A stretch of 64,000 nt of DNA from the NCBI RefSeq assembly GCF_009914755.1, contig NC_060946.1. One strand, written 5' to 3'. This document shows, one piece after another, positions 11,861 to 29,580 of the stretch. Numbering within the stretch: the first letter of the stretch is position 1; each line of letters opens with the position of its first letter. The notes beneath the pieces are model-generated. The model ran no database searches and was not told the DNA's origin. It worked only from the letters and a program-made list of their open reading frames with translations. Source of the DNA: the human T2T-CHM13v2.0 reference genome, Homo sapiens. A program made the translations under genes and the position numbers.

Positions 11861-13669
11861 CTAGGCAGAAAATTCAGGTTGGGGGCAGAGGGATGATTCA
11901 TGTTATTTTTGAGCCAATTTCATCATTGGACACTCAGAGAAGGGGTATTTTTAGCACTTCCTTACTCTTATTCTAGTGGGAATCAAACTGTCTCATATCT
12001 GTGTTGTTTTTTGAGGAAGAAATGATACCTTGCCCTCCTCCCACCTCAGTGGTAGAAAACCTTTGATTTATATCATTGCAAGTTTTCAACCCCACACTAA
12101 GGACATACTATTTTATTTCTTCTTCCATAGGAACAATGCACCTTTGTCTGTGTCACTGGATGGAGATTTTCCAACCCTTTACCACAGTAGCACAACTCTG
12201 CATTAGTGCAAAATCCTGGGCCCCAAAACAATCCTTGTTCCTCTCCTGATGGAGAAGTATTTTTCTTGCATCCCTCCCCCAGAAGCAGTGATCCTTTGCC
12301 TGGTCTCAGGTGGGATAGGGTAGGCTATGAGAGGTTTCTTAACCTTCTCGGAAAGCTGATGTGTTTTGCTGCTTCTTATCTCCCAGAAACAGTAGACTTT
12401 TGCGTGGGTTCATGGACCCAGATGCTTTTTTGCCACAGAAAACGAAGGGTTTTGATTCTTAGGAGAGAAGCAAATGTTCATGTAGTCAATTTTTTTCTTA
12501 TTTATTTTTTGCTTTGTTTTATTATTTCAGTAGTGATGAGTATGATCATTATTTTCCACTTATGCCACTTGCAACTCTAATATTTTGTTTTTATTAGCCC
12601 CCCTTTGACAGTTCAGCACTAAATCAAATGCAGATGATCATCAGTTGTGTGAATAAAGTGTTTTTATTGAGAACAAAATTGTTGATATAGACACAAATTA
12701 GGATATTATCCTACTTAGCACAATATGTCACTGGCTCAAAATGTAAAATCCTCTTTAGGCTGAACAAAGAATGGTTCTTAAAACTATTGTCCCTTTTTGA
12801 CAAATAAAAAAAATCCCAATGCTTTTTATCTCATGGATAGATTATTAAAATAATTACATACCTGATCTTCATTTTATGTTCTCTCTCTTCAAGATATTTC
12901 CTTCAAAACTACTTTGACTGATTAGTCTCTTTTGAATTACGTTAGACTTTGTATTTTCTCCACAAGCTCATCAGGGTAAATCCTGCCTTTACATTTTTTA
13001 TAAAAATTCTCTTTTTTTTTTTCAAATCTTAGTTGAGCTGAAAGATTTCCACCAAATGTCTCCTATGCCACAAAGCCTTATTTTACTTATCTCCCCATCC
13101 TCCTTGCTCAAGCTCATTTAGGAATATTTTTATTAAAACATTAATGCAATACTGTTTTTTAAAAAATCTGAACATACAGTATTTTCAATTTGAACACAAA
13201 ATAGTGCTCTAACTTGAAAACAAGTTTTAGAAACAAATGTTTCTAGAAGGAGGATCAACAGTGTCATAAGTATCATAATCCAATTCTCCTGTTTGTACTA
13301 AAACATTAGCAAATATTTATTGAGAAATTGCTGTCTGCCTGAAAGTATAATGCTTTTGATACACATTATATCATATAAACTATGTACTATTATTAGTAGT
13401 ATCTTAAGAGTAAAAATATCGAGTCTTAGAGATGTTAAGCAATGTGCTCAAATAGCATAGGGAAAGTTGGAATTCTGAAATTCCGACTATGCCTTAGGTA
13501 TGATAGGAGAATCAATGTTTGTCAAATGTAAGTGTCAAGTCATTGTGGGGATTCAGATGCCTCTGATTGCTAGGGTCAATACACTTAAGCAGATCATGTC
13601 ACTACTTAGTTAAATCTATTTCATTAAAGCAAAATTCCACAAAGATTATTGGCACCAAAACCATTATTT

Positions 13670-14182
13670 TTCTTCCTCCCTTCCTTCTTTCCTTCTTTGC
13701 TTCCTTCCTTCCTTCCTCGCTCTCTCACCTGCCTGCCTTTCTTTCTTTCTTTCTTTTTTTCTTTCTTTCTTCTTTCTTTCTTTCTTTCTTTCTCTTTCTT
13801 TTTCTTTCTTTTTCTTTCTCTTTCTTTCCTTTTCTTTCTTTCTTTCTTTCTCCTTCCTTCCTTCCTTCCTTCCTTCCTTCCTTCCTTCTTTCGAGACAGG
13901 GTCTCAGTCTGTTGTCCAAGCTGGAGTACAGTGGCACAATCATGGCTTACTGCAGCCCCAGCTTCCCCAGGCTCAGGTGATCCTCCCGTCTCATCCTCCT
14001 GAGTAGCTGGGACTACAGGCAAGCCACTATGCCTGGCTAATTTTTTTTTTTTTTTTTTTTTTTGGTAAAGATTGGGTTTCACCATGTTGCCGAGCCTGGT
14101 CTGCAACTCCTCAGCTCAAGCAATCCACCTGCCTTTGCCTCCCAAACTATTGGGATTCCAGGTGTAAGCCTCACGCCTGGAC
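13670..14182 (-). mobile_element. AluJ-like SINE (13890-14182) whose tail has expanded into a ~220-bp (CTTT)n/(CTTC)n polypyrimidine tract (13670-13890)
   Basis: The pyrimidine repeat abuts GAGACAGGGTCTCAGTCTGTTGTCCAAGCTGGAGTACAGTGG. Confidence 0.9.
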
Positions 14183-15654
14183 AAAAATATTATTTAACAA
14201 GTTCAATTTAACTATTAGATTTTGGACAATGAGGGATAGAATTTTCTACATCATAATTCATCTTGTGTTCTTTATTTAAAGTAATACTTAAGGATTTCAA
14301 TTCAATTCAAATATATTTATTAGCAAATTAAATGGCTTTTTCAGGATTCCAAACTTTTGTTGAAGACATAAATGTTAAATGATGTCACTAATTTTAATTA
14401 GATTAACAAAAAGGTATTGTGGTGTGTAATAACAGTGACGGAATGGGCTATTAATTTTATTTTCTTCCTCTATCTCTCTTTCCCCTTTTTAAAATATTTT
14501 ACTTTTTAGGCGCTTTGGAATCCTGCAGATATAATAATGATAATTAAACAAAACACTCAGAGAAACTGCCAACCCTAGGATGAAGTATATTGTTACTGTG
14601 CTTTGGGATTAAAATAAGTAACTACAGTTTATAGAACTTTTATACTGATACACAGACACTAAAAAGGGAAAGGGTTTAGATGAGAAGCTCTGCTATGCAA
14701 TCAAGAATCTCAGCCACTCATTTCTGTAGGGGCTGCAGGAGCTCCCTGTAAAGAGAGGTTATGGAGTCTGTAGCTTCAGGTAAGATACTTAAAACCCTTC
14801 AGAGTTTCTCCATTTTTTCCCATAGTTTCCCCAAAAGGGTTATGACACTTTATAAGAATGCTTCACTTGTGAAAAACAAATATCAAAGTCTTCTTGTAGA
14901 TTATATTTAAGGACAAATCTTTATTCCATGTTTAATTTATTTAGCTTCCCCTGTAGCTAATATTTCATGCTGAACACATTTTAAATGCTGTAAATGTAGA
15001 TAATGTAATTTATGTATCATTAATGCCTCTTTAGTAGTTTAGAGAAAACGTCAAAAGAAATGGCCCCAGAATAAGCTTCTTGATTTGTAAAATTCTATGT
15101 CATTGGCTCAAATTTGTATAGTATCTCAAAATATAAATATATAGACATCTCAGATAATATATTTGAAATAGCAAATTCCTGTTAGAAAATAATAGTACTT
15201 AACTAGATGAGAATAACAGGTCGCCATTATTTGAATTGTCTCCTATTCGTTTTTCATTTGTTGTGTTACTCATGTTTTACTTATGGGGGATATATATAAC
15301 TTCCGCTGTTTTCAGAATTATTGTATGCAGTCAGTATGAGAATGCAATTTAAGTTTCCTTGATGCTTTTTCACACTTCTATTACTAGAAATAAGAATACA
15401 GTAATATTGGCAAAGAAAATTGACCAGTTCAATAAAATTTTTTAGTAAATCTGATTGAAAATAAACATTGCTTATGGCTTTCTTACATCAATATTGTTAT
15501 GTCCTAGACACCTTATCTGAAATTACGGCTTCAAAATTCTAATTATGTGCAAATGTGTAAAATATCAATACTTTATGTTCAAGCTGGGGCCTCTTCAGGC
15601 GTCCTGGGCTGAGAGAGAAAGATGCTAGCTCCGCAAGCCGGGGAGGGAACACCG

Positions 15655-16587
<933 letters not shown>

Positions 16588-16589
16588 AG

Positions 16590-18706
<2,117 letters not shown>

Positions 18707-19699
18707 GGACTCAGTGTCTGACTTGGGAAGCCACCTCTGAAGGAACTGCTGGGTGACTATGGTCGTAAGTCAATCAAAGCAGACTTTCCCTGGCTTGCTG
18801 CGCTACATTGATTTTGTTTTCGTATTTTAAAAGAAGCAGAAGGGAGGTCCTAGGAAATTTGCCCAGTGCAGATGCTGACAAGAGTGGTGACATGAAAAAG
18901 ATTACCCAGAAGGAAAACAAGAGCTATTTTCTAAACATCTGAAATCTGTGTAAGCTTTTGGAAAAGTGAAACTAGATGCAAAGCACAATGATGTAATTCT
19001 GGCAATTTCCACTGACACAGAACTCAGTCAATCTGAATTAATCTAAGGGTTACAAGGAAAATGGCACTCCAAGAAGTACCTATTAACATCACTCAGCTGC
19101 TGTGAAATAGGCTTACAGGCAACATGGAGTGTCAATTATCCAGTGTTTAAAGTCAGTGATACAGATTGGACTAACATATCTAAGGCTCATAAAGTCTTCT
19201 TTAAAGGATTGACAGATGGTTTATCTGATATGTAGACCATGATTCTCAGCAGTTAACTAGCACAACTTGCTAATATCAATTGCTTGAGAAAATCAGATAA
19301 TTGCTTGAGAAAATTAGGACATTGCTTTGAGGAAGTTAGGTAATTAAATAAATTACTTTTTTTTAAGGATAGTTTAATATTTTGGCAAGTAGACTTTAAA
19401 GTAGATTGGTAATATTTTAAAGGCTACTTTTAAAGAAATAGCAATATAACATTTAATTATAAAAATAATGTTGGAAACAATTCAACTTTCTATCACAGAT
19501 AATTTCACAAATATAGAAATACCATCTCAATAATTAGAAGATGTAGCAGCAATTTCTGTCATTTTTATGCAAGTTACTCCTAGTCCATTTATTTGGTTTT
19601 AAATAGTGTTTTTAAAATTTGTTTTCCAACAGGGCTAATCATAAATAATAGAATATATTTTACAATAGTTGAAGGTAACAAAAAGTAAGTGCCATTTAA

Positions 19700-21320
19700 A
19701 AAATTGTATTAGATTGTTTAAAAATGTTGTGGGTACATAGTATGTGTATGTATCTGTGGGGTCCATGAGATGTTTTGATACAGGCATGCAATGTGAAATA
19801 AGCACATCATGGGGAATAGGGTATCCCTCCCCTCAAGCATTTATCCTTCAAGTTATAAAAAATTCAATTACAGTCTTAGTTATTTCAAAATGTACAATTA
19901 AATTATTATTGAATATAGTCACCCTATTGTGCTATCAAATAGTAGGTCTTATTAACTCTCTATTTTTATACCCATTAGCCATCCCCACCTTCCCACAACA
20001 CCCCCTGCCGCTACCTTTCCCAGCCACTGATAACCATCCTTATACTCTCTGTGTCCATGAGTTTGTTTTGATTTTAGATTCCACAAATTAGTGAGAACAT
20101 GTGACATTTGTCTTTCTGTGCCTGGTTTATTTCACTTAACATAATGATCCATAATGTTCCATCAATGTTACTGACAATGACTGGATCTTATTCTTTGTTA
20201 TGGCTGAATAGTCGTCCGTTGTGTATATGTACCACATTTTCTTTATCCATTCATCTGTTGATGGACACTAAGGTTTCTTCCAAATCTTAGCGTTGTAAAC
20301 AGTGCTGCAACAAATATGGGAGTGCAGATATGTATTTGACATACTGATTTCCTTTATTTTTGGTATACACCCAGCAGTAAGATTGCTAGATCATATGGTA
20401 GCTCCACTTTTAGTTTATTGAGAAACATCCAAACTGTTCACCTTAGTGGTTTTACTAATTTGCATTCCCAGGAGCTGTGTACAAGAGTTCCCTTTTCTCT
20501 GCATCCCTGCTAGCATTTGTTATTGCCTGTCTTTTGCATACAAGTCATATAAACTGTGGTGAGATGATATCTTGTTGTAGTTTTGATTTAAATTTCTCTG
20601 ATGATCGGTGATATTGAGCACTTTTCTTATACCTATTTGCCATTTGTAGGTCTTCTTTTGAGAAATACCTATTCAAATCTTTTGCCCCCCTTTTTTTAGC
20701 TAGGTTATTAGATTGTTTCCTAAAGAGTTGTTTGAGTTTTCTATATATTCTGATTATTAATCCTTGTCAGATGAGTAGTTTGCAAATATTTTCTCCCATT
20801 CTGTGGATTGTCTCTTAACTTTGTTGATTGTATCATTTTCTGTGCAGAAGCTTTTTAACTTAATGTGATCCATTTGTCCATTTTTGCTTTGGTTGCCTGT
20901 GCTTGTGGGGTATTGCTCAAGATATTTTTGCCCGGACCAATGTCCTGGAGGTGTTCCCCAAAGTTTTTCTGTACTAGTTTTATAGTTCGAGGTCTTGGCT
21001 TTACATCTTTAAACAACTTTGATTTTACTTTTGTATTTGGTGATAGATACTAGTCTGTTTTCATTCTTCTGCATATGGATATCCAGTTTTTTCAATACCA
21101 TTTCCCACCAGTGTATGTTCTTGGCACCTTTGTCAAAAATGAGTTCACTGTAGGTACATTTGTACATTTGTTACTGGGTTCTCTATTCTGTTCCATTGAT
21201 CTATGGGTCTATTTTTATGCCAGTACCATACTCTTTTGGTTGCTATAATTCTGTGGTATAATATGAAGTCAGAAAATATAATTCCTCCAGTTTTATTTAT
21301 TTATTTATTTTTGCTTAGGA
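19700..21320 (-). mobile_element. L1MA-type 3' end (3'UTR plus ORF2 end), antisense
   Basis: GATACAGGCATGCAATGTG..ATCCCTCCCCTCAAGCATTTATCC, followed by typical antisense ORF2 such as TGTGCAGAAGCTTTTTAACTT. Confidence 0.85.
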
Positions 21321-21474
21321 TAGTATTATTTCTTATAGTGAAAGCATTCTATGTTATTTATTATTAGTCTAATTTTGTAGTTTTACAATGCTATCCTCTT
21401 TTACAAAGCTATGATCAACTCAGTGTGTCCAGATCAGGATCATTTGTAGCTATTTGCAAAAGTAGCAATATTCT

Positions 21475-21772
21475 GGCTGGGCATGGTGGCTCATGCTTAT
21501 ATTCCCAGCACTTTGGGAGGCCAAGACAGGCAGATCACCTGAGGTCAGAGGTTCAAGACCAGCCTGGTCAACATGGTGAAACCCTGTCTCCAATAAAAAT
21601 ACAAAAATTAGCCGGGGATGATGGCAGATGCCTGTAATCCCAGCTACTCAGGAGGCTGAGGCAGGAAACTCACTTGAACCCGGGAGGTGGAGGTTGCAGT
21701 GAGCCCAGAATGTGTCATTGCATTCCAGCCTGGGTAACCAAGCGCGACTCTGTCTCAAAAAAGAAAAAAAAA
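21475..21772 (+). mobile_element. AluS-like SINE
   Basis: Full dimer with A-tail; AGCAATAT flanks both sides. Confidence 0.95.
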
Positions 21773-22069
21773 GCAATATACTGTGTAATCGTTGACAGCA
21801 TAATTCACTATTATGTAGATCGGAGAGCAGAGGATTCTGAATGCATGAACATATCATTAACATTTCAATACATTACTCATAATTACTGATGAACTAAAGA
21901 GAAACCAAGAAATTATGGTGATAGTTATATTGACCTGGAGAAATGTAGACACAAAAGAACCGTAAGATGAGAAATGTGTTAACACAGTCTATAAGGGCAT
22001 GCAAGAATAAAAATAGGGGAGAAAACAGGAGAGTTTTTCAAGAGCTTTCTGGTCATGTAAGTCAACTTG

Positions 22070-22620
22070 TATCGGTTAATTTTTAAAAGGTTTATTTACA
22101 TGCAATAAACTGCACATACTTCAATTGTACATTTTGGTAATTCTTGGCATTTGTAGCTCTATAAAACCAGCAACATATTAAAATAGCAAACATATCCATT
22201 ACCTTTACCACCAAAGTTTTCTTGTGTTTTTTCTACTCACTTTTTCCTGCCTATCCCCCCATCTCTTCCACAGGTAACCACTGATCCACTTCCAGTCACT
22301 ATCCATGAGTTTTTATTTCCAAATACATGAAATCATATGGTATGTATACTTTCTGATCACTCAGCATCACTATTTTTGAGATTAATTCATGTTGCTACAT
22401 CTATCAATTGTTCTGTTCTTACTAGGGAGTATTATTTCATTATATACGTATACCATAGTAAGTTTATAAGTCACAAATTCACCTGCCATGGACATTTGGA
22501 ATGTTTTCAGGTTTTGGCTGTTGCAAGTAAAGCTGCTATGAAGATTCATGTAAAATCCTCTGAATGGGCATATGCTCTTAGTTTTCATCTCTAATAGAAG
22601 TGGAATAGACAGCTATCATG
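22070..22620 (-). mobile_element. Ancient L1M 3' fragment
   Basis: Degenerate ...CCACAGGTAACCACTGATC...ATTAATTCATGTTGCT... L1M 3'UTR motifs. Confidence 0.6.
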
Positions 22621-24449
22621 TCTGTAATATGCAAACACAAAGGCTGACAAAACTGATTTTTAAAGTGGAAACTCCACTGGATAACCTTGACTCCAGCCTG
22701 GCTTTTGAGAGTATCTCCTATGTTTGTGCAATGATTGGTCCTGGGGTAGCCACATGACCCAAGGAGGACCATGTTTAAACTTCTGAGTTTTCATCGAGAT
22801 TAACATGCATTTGTTGAAAGAGAAAGCCCTTTTTTTCTAATCCCCCAGCTGCAAATGCTTTCAGGGATCACATCTTGTTGGAACATTTGGTTACAGTGTT
22901 TCCTAAACTTCGAGGGTAAAAATTGTTCAAGTAGGTAAAAATGGAGCAAATACAAAGAAAAAAGGAGTCCAGAAACATCAAATAAAAAAGAAAGGGCCTC
23001 CATAAAATCATTTGAACTTATGATTAATTCATTAGTCATTAAAACAAGTTTAATGTACAAAGAGTCATCCCCCCAACCACCCTTTATTCCTTCACCAAGT
23101 TTAAGTTACATTTTTTTAACTTGCAAACAAAAGATTTGTCATTAACTTAGACATCAGAACTCCTTGTCTCCAAGAGCAATCATTCAACTCTGTCCCTCTC
23201 ATTGTTACAATAATATGTTCACTTCATTCTGCATACACCTGCTCTTTGCCCTTGTCTCCCTATTCTATTCTATTAAAGTTACATCCAGACATTTATTTCA
23301 TTTTGTATCAAAGAAACTGTATACATGTTTTTAATCTTAGAAAAATTTCTGAGTAATTTTTTGTCTCATATTTGATTTTAAGCCACCCAAGAAGCATTAT
23401 TTTTTCATTTAGTATTTTAACTTTTCTAACCCAGGACTTTTATAGTAGATATTATGTCTTTTTCTAAATGCTCTGCTTCAATTTACATTTTAAATCTAAT
23501 TTTTAAAAAGTGTACGTTTTCAATATTTGCATCATGTATCTCAGGCCTAAATATCCCTTGATAACCAATCCTGCCTTTTTTTCTCTGCATTTTTCACATA
23601 TTTCAATAGGGAGCTATATCGCCTGACACAATAAAAGTTTTTGCCAATATAACATAACACATAGGCAAAATTTTGTTTCCAAGTGATTGATGATGTGGTG
23701 CCTTCAGTCTAGTCCCAATCCCTCAATGTAATCGTCATCCCTATCTAATGAAATATGAAATAAATATTTCACTTTGTTTCTAAAATTCAGCAGACAAATA
23801 TATAGCCTGTCACATACAGCCTGTAACACCAACATATAAAAATGAAAGCAGTTCCTTCTCCACTCCCACTGCTTCACTTGACTAGCCTTGAAAAATAATA
23901 ACAATAATAAAAAATGAAAGCAAAATTGTTCCTTTATTTATCTTTGCAATTTAATGGATATACTGTCAGAAAAGCTCTTCTATATATATGGAGGGCCTCT
24001 ATAAAATATAGACTCTTAACTAGAAAAGTAGACTTACATGATGGTTAAATTAAAAACACAATTATATATAGTACCTTCACAAATGCACCAGTACTTATTT
24101 CAGAATGCATGATGTAATTGACTAAACCATTTAGGGCTAGACCTCTGAAATAAAAGGCATTCACACTTTGTGATTCTAAGGGGAAAATATTATTCAAAAT
24201 AGAAGCATGCAGAACCTTTACCTGATCATGATAAAAAAATTTTCCTACTTGTTGTGAATATGCCACAGCTTTTCAAGGTCAGCAAAAAGAGATTATCCCA
24301 CAATATAAGCTGATGGCCAAAATTATCTGCCTTACTTTAGTTACCATAATATCTATTAAGTGTAAATTTCTTCTGAAAGAAAACAGATACATTTTTCTCA
24401 GAAATGTCTTTAGATGAAGATCTAGCACATCTGTTTTTCTAACTTTTGA

Positions 24450-27220
24450 AAATTTTGTTTTTATTGATAAATATATATGGGGTACAATGTGGTACAATAC
24501 ATGTAAATATTGTGAAGTGGACAAATTAGGCTAAATAACATATCCTTCACCTCAGATATTTATTACATTATGGTGAAATATTTAAAATGTACTATTTTAG
24601 CGCTTTTAAGATATGCACTATATTATGAGTAACTGCAGTCACTTTGCTGTGTACCATATCACCAGAATGTATTTCTCCTAACTGAAGCATTATCCCATTG
24701 AATATTTCCCCTTTTTCCACCCCCGCCACCCGACCTGCTCAGCCTCTGATAAACCACCACTCTACTCTTAACTTCTATGAGTGCACATTTTTGGATTTCA
24801 CATGTAAGTGGTATCATGAGATATTTGTCTTTCTGTGTCTGGCTTATTTTACTTAGTATAATGTCCTCTAAATTCATCCACGTTTTTGCAAATGACAGAA
24901 TTTCATTCATTTATAAAGATAAGTAGTATTTTTGTATGCATCCTACATATGCTTTTAATTTTCCACAGCTTTATTGAGATATAATTCATACATTATGTAA
25001 TTCACTCATTTAAAGTACAAACTTCAAATTCTTTTAGTATATTAACTGGGTGGACAAATAATCTTCATAAGATAATTTTAGAACATTTTAATGCCCTTAA
25101 AAGAGACTTGCACCCATTAGCAATCTTTCCCTATTTTTTCCAGCCTTTTTAAAACCCCTCCTATTCTAGGTGACCACTCATCTAATTTCTGACTATGAAT
25201 TTGCCTATTCTGGACATTTCACATAAACGGAATCATAATAACACATAGTCATTTCTTACTCACTTCTTTCGCTTAACATATTTTTAATGTTCATCCATTT
25301 TGGAGCATGCATTAACACTTTTTTCCCTTTTGTTAAGAAATAAGATTCTATTTTATAGACACACCACATTTTATTCATCCACTCCTCAGTTGATGAACAT
25401 TTCTGTTCTTTTCTACTTTTTGTTGCTATAAACATTTGTGTACTACTTTTTGTGTAACATTTGTTTTCTTTTCTTTTTGGTAAATACATAGGAGTGGAAT
25501 TGCTGGGTCATATGATAACTCTATGTTTAACCATTTGAAGAACTGCCAGACTGTTTTACATTTTAAGGTCTCACCAGTGGTGTAGAAGGGTTCCAATTTT
25601 TCCACATATTTTTATCCATTCTTCAGTTGATAAGCACTTAGGTTGTTTGTAATTCACGGCTATTATGAATATTGCTGCAATGAACATGAAATTGCAGATG
25701 TCTCTTTTTGACATATTGATTGAAATTCCTTTGGACACATATCCAGAAGTGGGATTGATGGATCATAGGGTAAATAAATTTATAATTTCTTGAGAAAGCT
25801 TCGTACTGTTTTCCAAGATGGCTGTACTAATTTCCATTCCTACCAACAGTGTACAGGGTTTCTTTTTCTCCACATCCTCACCAACACTTATCTTCCATCT
25901 TTTTTTATAATAGCCCTAGTAAAATGTGTGAGGTGATATCTCATTGTGGCTTTGATTTGCACTTCTCTGATAATTAGGAATGTTTATGATTTTTTCATGT
26001 ACCTGGTTGGCCTTTTGTATGATGTAGGAAATGTCTATTCTGATTCTTTGCTTATTTTTTAATAAGCATAGTTTTTTTCTTATTTTTGAGTAGGTTGAGT
26101 TGCTTATATATTATTATATGAGCCCCTTATCTGATGTATGGTTTAAAAATATTATCCCATTTGTGGGTTCTCTTAATTCTATCATTGCTTCTTTTCCTGT
26201 GGAAAAGTTTTAAGTTTTATGCAGTCTCATTTGTGTGTTTTGCTTTTGTTGCCTTTTGGAATAATCTACAGAAAATCATAGCTCAGGCCAATGTCATACA
26301 GTCTCCTTCTATATTTCCTTGTAGTAGTTTTACATTTAAACTTTAATTTTGATTTGATGCTTGTATAAAGAGCAAAATAAAAGTCAAATTTTATTCTTCT
26401 GTATGTGGATAGTCAGTTTTGTCTACACCATTTATTGAAAATAATTTTCTTTCTTCACTGTGTATTTTTAGTTATTTTATCAAAAAATCAATTGACCACA
26501 GACACACGGATTTATTTACAGGTTCTATATCCCTTTGTACTGTTTTACATGTCTGTTTTTATGCCATTGCTATGCTGTTTTAATTCCTATAGCTTTGTAA
26601 TAGAGTTTGGAGTCAGGTAGTCTGATGCCTCCAGCTTTGTTCTTTTTGTTCAAGATTGCTTTGGTTGGTCCAGGTCTTTTGTGGTTCCATACAAATTTTA
26701 GCAGTAATTTTTCTATTTCTGTGAAGAATGACATTGGAATTTGATAGTGGTTGCATTTAATCTGTAGATTGCTTTGGGTAGCATTGACACTTTTACAATA
26801 CTAATTTTTGAATCCATCAATGAAGGATGTTTCTCCATTTATTTATGCCATTTTAATTTTTTTCATCAATGTGCTATAGTTTTCAGTATGTAAATCTTTT
26901 ATGGTTTTGATTAAATTTACTCCTGTCTTTTATATATTTATATATCTGTTTTGATTCTATTATAAATTGAATTGCCTTTATTTTTCAGGTAATAGTTTGT
27001 CATTAGTTAATAGAAACAATAATGATATTTGTATGTTGATTTTGTAACTATTAACTTTATTGAATTTCTTCATCAGCTATAACCATTTATTTTGGTGGAA
27101 TCTTTAAGATTTTCTCTATCTTAAGATTATATTTTCAAAAAACAGAAACAATCTTACCTCTTCCTTCCCTATGTGGATTTCTTTTACGTCTTTGTCTTGT
27201 GTAACTGTTCTGGCTAGGCA
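24450..27220 (-). mobile_element. Nested or adjacent L1MA/L1MB antisense fragments
   Basis: Two 3'-end motifs (~24460 and ~24965) followed by continuous antisense ORF2. The minus ORF NEILSFAKTWMNLEDIILSKISQTQKDKY is the L1 ORF2 C-terminus. Confidence 0.85.
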
Positions 27221-27334
27221 ATTACACATAATGTTTTCATCATTTATAATTTTACATCACATCCATCTATTGTGGCACATTGATTGCTACTTTTCAAGTT
27301 GTAAACCTGGACATTTATCACTACTCTTCCTCCA

Positions 27335-29580
27335 ATACAGGAGTCCATGGCGTGGTGTGGGCCCTACTGTGCCACAGTCCAGGGCACGGCTGGGCTGAGG
27401 TTCTCTTGTGCAAGAGTCCGTGGCTCTGCGGAGCAAGAGTTCTCCAGTGCCTTAGTCCAAGGTTAGGCAGGGGTGGGGCTCCTTCAGTAGCTTAGTCCAG
27501 TGCGCCGCCCTGCGAGGGTCCTCCTGAGCAGGAGTACACGATGAGGCAGGGTCCTACTGTGCCTTAGCCCAGGAAGCGGGGGGCTGGGTCCTCTGGTGCC
27601 ATAGTCCAGGCTGCCGGGAGCTGGGTCCTCTGGTGCCATAGCTCAGGCCGGCGGGAGCTGGGTCCTCTGGTGCCGTAGTCCAGGGTGCAGCAGAACAGGA
27701 GTCCTGCGGAGCAGTAGTCCAGGGCACGCTGGGGCGTGGATCCTCAGGTGCCGCAGTCCAGAGCGCGACAGGGCAGGATTCCTGCCTTGCTATATCCAGG
27801 GTGCAGCGGGGCGGGGGTTCACTTCTGCAGGAGTCCAGGACGTGGCAGAACGGGAGTCCTCCGTGTAGGAGTCCTCCGGTGCTGGAGTCCAGAGCACAGT
27901 GAGGCTGGGTCCTCCCGTGCCATAGTGTAGGGCATGGCGGGACAGGGATCCTGCCCTGCGATAGTCCAGTGACTGAGTCCGCAGTAAGGCAGTGGTCCTC
28001 CAATGCTGGAGTTCACGGCGTGGTGGGGTCACGGTCCTTCAGTGTCTTAGTCCATGGGTACCAGGGCGGGGGTCCACAGTTGCCATAGTGAGGACCTGGG
28101 AGGAGTGTGGTTCCTGCCTCACTGTAGTCCGGGGAGCAGGGGGCAGGGGTCCTCTCTTGTCAGAGTCTCTGGCGCGGGGTGGGGGTGGGGTGGGGGTTTT
28201 CCTATGCGATAGCCCACGGGGCGGTGAGGCCAGGTCCTCGCTTGCCTTTGTCGTGGGCGCAGGGGGGCGAGGGTCTTCGGTGGTGGAGTCCTCGGAGCGG
28301 CAGGGCAGGGGTCCTCCAGTGCCATATTCCAGGGTGCGGCGGAGTGGGCGACCTGTCCTGCAGTGGTCCAGAGCATGCGGGAGTGGTGGTCCTCCTGTGC
28401 CATAGTCCAACGCGCGGCGGGGAGGGGGTCACCTCGGCCTGCAGTCCACCACGCACGAGACCCCGGTCCTGCTGTGCCCCAGTCCAGTGCGCGGAGGGAC
28501 GGCAGTCCTTCTGTGCTGTAGTGCAGGACGCGGTGGGGCAGCCGTAACCCAGAGAGCGCCGTGGCAGGGGGTCCTCCAGTGCTGGAATCCAGTTCATGGC
28601 GGGTCAGGGGTCTTATTGTTCCGAAGTCGGTGGCAAGGATCCTCCCGGGCCATAGTCTAGGGGGCGACGGGGCAGGGTTCTCTAGTGCAGGTGTCCAGGG
28701 TGCGGTGGGGCAGGAGTCCTCTGGTGCAGAAGTCCAGGACGTAATGGAGTGGGAGTACTCCAACGCCAGAGTCCAGGGCTCTGCGGGGCAGGGTTCCCCC
28801 ATGCCAGAGTGTAGGGCGCTTTCAGGCGAGGGTCTTGGCGTGCAGTAGTTCAGGGTGCGGTGGGGCAAGGATAGTCCAGATCTCCATGGCGGGGGTTCCT
28901 CTGTGCAGGAGCCCAGTGCCCGGCGGATCGGGGTCCCTCCGTGCTGTAGTCCAGGGCACGGCAAGATGTGGGTCCTCTGGTGCCCTATCCAGGGGGCGGT
29001 GGGTCAGAGGTTCTCCCCTGTCTTGGTCTAGGGCCCGGCGGGACTGAGGTCCTGGAGTCCACGCGGTAGCCCAAGTTGCCTCAGGACCAGGTCCTCTGGA
29101 TCCACAGTCCAGAGCACAGAGGGGCAGGAATAGCTCAGGGCGAGCCAGGGCCGAGGTCCTCGGGAGCCACAGTCCAGGGTGTGGAGGGGTGGGGGTTCTG
29201 CAGTGGCACAGCCCAGGACACAGCGGGGCGGGGCGGGGCGGGGATCCTCCGGTACCTTAGTCCAGGGCGGAGCCGGGGGAGAGGTCCTTCAGTAGCATAG
29301 TCTAGCGCATGGCGTTGCAGGGGTCCTCCAGTGCCTGAGGCCAGGGCGGGTCGCGGGTCCCACTGTACTCTCGTTCAGGGCGGAGCAGGTCTGAGGTCTT
29401 CTGCTTCAGTCTAGGGCGCTGGAGAGTGGGGGTCCTCTGGTGCCAGAGTCCATGGAGCCATGGGTCGGCGTCCTGCCATGTCTTAGCCCAGAACGGGGAG
29501 AGGCGGAGATCCTCCTTTGCCCTAGTCCAAGGCATTGTGAGGCCCCGCTCCTGCACAGAGGCGGTCTGTTCCTCTACTGC
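27335..29580. repeat. GC/CpG-rich degenerate minisatellite, ~37-40-bp unit (GGGTCCTCYGGTGCCATAGTCCAGGGCGCGGCGGGGC-like), roughly 55-60 units
   Basis: CCTCTGGTGCC recurs at 27590, 27627 and 27664 (37-bp period). TAGTCCAGGG and GGTCCTC motifs recur throughout. Confidence 0.9.

Noticed and set aside
13567-14106. Phe/Ser/Leu-rich and Lys/Glu/Arg-rich ORFs
   Set aside because: These are translations of the (CTTT)n/(CTTC)n Alu tail.
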